In this document: positions 61,560 through 64,000 of the stretch, in pieces
Layout: every line of letters starts with the position of its first letter
How positions within the stretch are numbered: position 1 is the first letter of the stretch
From: Yuukianura sp. NJ FZ-2021
Lineage: Eukaryota
Reading direction: 5' to 3'
NCBI GenBank assembly: GCA_046563655.1
Contig: CM102288.1
Location: 2,046,001-2,110,000, forward strand
DNA length: 64,000 nt
The notes under the pieces: generated by a model
Seen by the model: the letters and a program-made list of their open reading frames with translations, nothing else
The model's database searches: none
Told to the model about the DNA's origin: nothing
Made by a program: the position numbers and the translations under genes

Positions 61560-62217
61560 TTTGACGAAGTGTATTGTCCACGGTAAGCTTTTCGTGAAGT
61601 TGGAATTCAGTAGTAACTGACAATTGAATTTGGATTGGTTTGGATATGGAAATGAATTAAAAATGGAACAAGACAGCTGTTTTATAATCCTCCAAGTAAG
61701 CAAATTCATCTTTGGATACTAGAAGTTTAAGTAAGTTAACAATTCTTTAATCTTATCTTGATATTTTCAGCGTCAACGCACGTTCATGGCTATACAGCAC
61801 CGGTGGTTGACCTTTGACCTGTCTGTAATAGATGATTTTGATGACGTTAGGAATAATAAATAGGTAAGACAAAGATTCTAATGACTTGTTTAGTAAAGAC
61901 AAAACGAGAAGAGTATTTTGAAAGCTTAAAAATAACAGTTTTTTGTTATACAGTTTTAGATTTATACCGACGTGTGGAATAGTGGAATTCCCGAAGTGTC
62001 AAAGTTTAACACAACTGGCCTAGTTTCGTTGAAAAATCTTGAAAATAGGATGACAGAAGAACATAAAGACTATAGTAAAAAGTGCAATATCTTTACAATT
62101 GTGTAATCTAAGAGATCCCATGAAATTCAGGTTTCTTTGTCTATGTTTTAGTTCGTTTCCCACGTCTTCGAGATTCAGGAATGTTTGGTGATTGCACACT
62201 CCGGACTTAGCGCTGCC

Positions 62218-63380
62218 TCAATGACGACAGTGACAATCACCGGAGGGTCCAGCCTTTTCAGTTGCTGGTGATTCCTTCGGAGGATGACCTTTAGTTGACA
62301 CGATCATCGACGGTGGAGCGATGTATGACTTCCAGAAGAATTGTGCGAAGAGTATAAAGTACGTAACGTACATTCCAAGTGCCAACTGCACGTTCCAAGG
62401 GTCCCGTTCACAGTCGCCACCTTTCTCTGTTCACGTTCCAGACAAAAGCTTAGATTACGTCAATATTTGATGTACTTGGAGAACTTACGCAATACTGCCA
62501 TTGAGTATACGTTGGCTGCAATGCCAATGACCATTTGCACCATTTGGACGGAGGTGACGAAAGCAGCTAGAGTCCGTGGGAGTCGATATCTCAAGGCCTG
62601 GAATTCCAGTACAAAAGGTAAACTCATGAACGTTTTCAAAACGTCGGAGTAACGTTGTGTAAGTTAATTTACCTTAAATGCGTAGTAGGTGTAGAGCAGT
62701 ACATGCACTAGGTAGTTGAGTGACATGAAGAGTCTGTGACTCGGGTCATGTGACTTGTACGTGTACCAAGTGTACATGAGCACTGGACAATATCCATAAA
62801 TTATGAAACCATTAGAGTTAATTGGCTATAATTTGATTTTTGTTGATTACTTACCTGTAGCATGATGATACCAATGAAGAAAGATGAGAGGCCGTTTCCT
62901 GAGAACGATGAATGCAGTGTCCCCCAACTCAACTACTTTGGACATGATTCCAATGAGTTCCCAAAGGGCCGTGCCCTGACTGAAGTGTTTCCTGGAGCAT
63001 ATGGAGCCATGCAGTCCATTCGGTGTGTGAACCCAAAGATCCCACAGTTCTGGAATGGTCCGTCTGAAAGCCAAGGCTGAGAACATTGCCAGCCCAATGT
63101 TCCAGGCCACCAAGAGTCCTTGAACTTGAAACGGCGGCCGGTCCTTCATCCACCGTCGTCCCTTGAGAATCAGTGTCACGTAGATGATAACTATTTGAAA
63201 CAATTCCACTGTTAGTCAATTAACTTAAGTTAATCAATTGCTTTCTTTTTGATTACCGATTGACAGGCAGAGGCCCCAGTAGTCGCTCATGAGGACTCGC
63301 CATTTTCCAAAGTCAAAGTCCCTTTCGAACCGGTAGAGACGAATGTAGTGCGGATTCCGCAACGGAAGTGGTTCGCGCAT
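62218..63380 (-). CDS. Very-long-chain fatty acid elongase (ELOVL6/baldspot-like), 5 exons
   Basis: WNIGLAMFS, SKVVELGDTAFIVLRKRPLIFLHWYHH, LNYLVHVLLYTYYAFKA, TSVQMVQM, MYVTYFILFAQFF. Confidence 0.92.
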
Positions 63381-64000
63381 TGTTGATGATTTCCAGAATT
63401 CGTTTCGAAAACGTTTTCTTTCTGTTTTTTAGAAATTCGTAATTTGAAACCCTTGCTCTGGATCAAGGTTTGTTGATTTTAGTTTTAGAAGAGTAACTTT
63501 TCGTTGTCAAGGAACCTTGCTCTGGTTTGTCCAGAGTCTGTAGCCGGACTGAAACTCTTTTTCGGTTTTTGCAAGAAAGTGGAGTGAAAGTGAAGCAAAT
63601 CCTTTCACTTCTGCTTTCGTCCTAGAGGTTTGCCGATTATGGACTCTGGGTCTGGAAGCTTTATATCCAACCGCCACGTCATGAACCATTTCAGCACTCT
63701 TTTTCCTAAAACATAAAAGGATCCAGCCCAGAAATGTTAAAATATTCATGACATTGACTCTTTATTTGCCAGTGGAGATCAATACTGCCAAATAACTTAA
63801 ACTATTTCCCCCTTTATTCCTGTTTTTGTTTTTTCAAAACCAAAAATAACATAGAAAAGGCAAACTTAGAAAACTGGAACCCACAATTTTGTTATTTTTG
63901 GTTTGAAAAGCTAAAACTTTCCTTTCCAGTCCAGAAATCAATAATTTCCAAGCCCATGTTCTTTTTTGATGCTCCGCATCCAGAAATATCTGAAAGACGC

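Overview
Gene-dense, AT-rich eukaryotic DNA with mostly ~55-95 nt GT-AG introns. Gene content (Epac, tra2, a pickpocket-like DEG/ENaC, MOB4) suggests a compact-genome arthropod; the taxon is inferred, not determined. All gene models were spliced by hand and all homologies recognised from memory, with no searches run. Left to right: HPS3 5' end, FABP-like gene, two tandem USP2-like deubiquitinases (one lacks the catalytic Cys), three 2OG-Fe(II) oxygenases around HDHD3, a UPF0658-like membrane protein, COQ10 (with a ~2.1 kb foldback-like element in an intron), a small secreted six-Cys peptide, MOB4, a UBE2O-like gene with no UBC domain, a DEG/ENaC channel (with a 71-bp hairpin flanked by a 9-bp direct repeat), a ~23 kb Epac gene, an EF-hand gene, tra2, OXNAD1 and an ELOVL elongase. 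Epac contains a probable U12 AT-AC intron and an intact two-gene CACTA/EnSpm-type transposon. Best candidates for undescribed biology: the transposon's TAATG-overlapping, possibly alternatively spliced transposase/DUF4806-like gene pair; two catalytically deficient ubiquitin-system paralogs; and the beta-defensin-like peptide.
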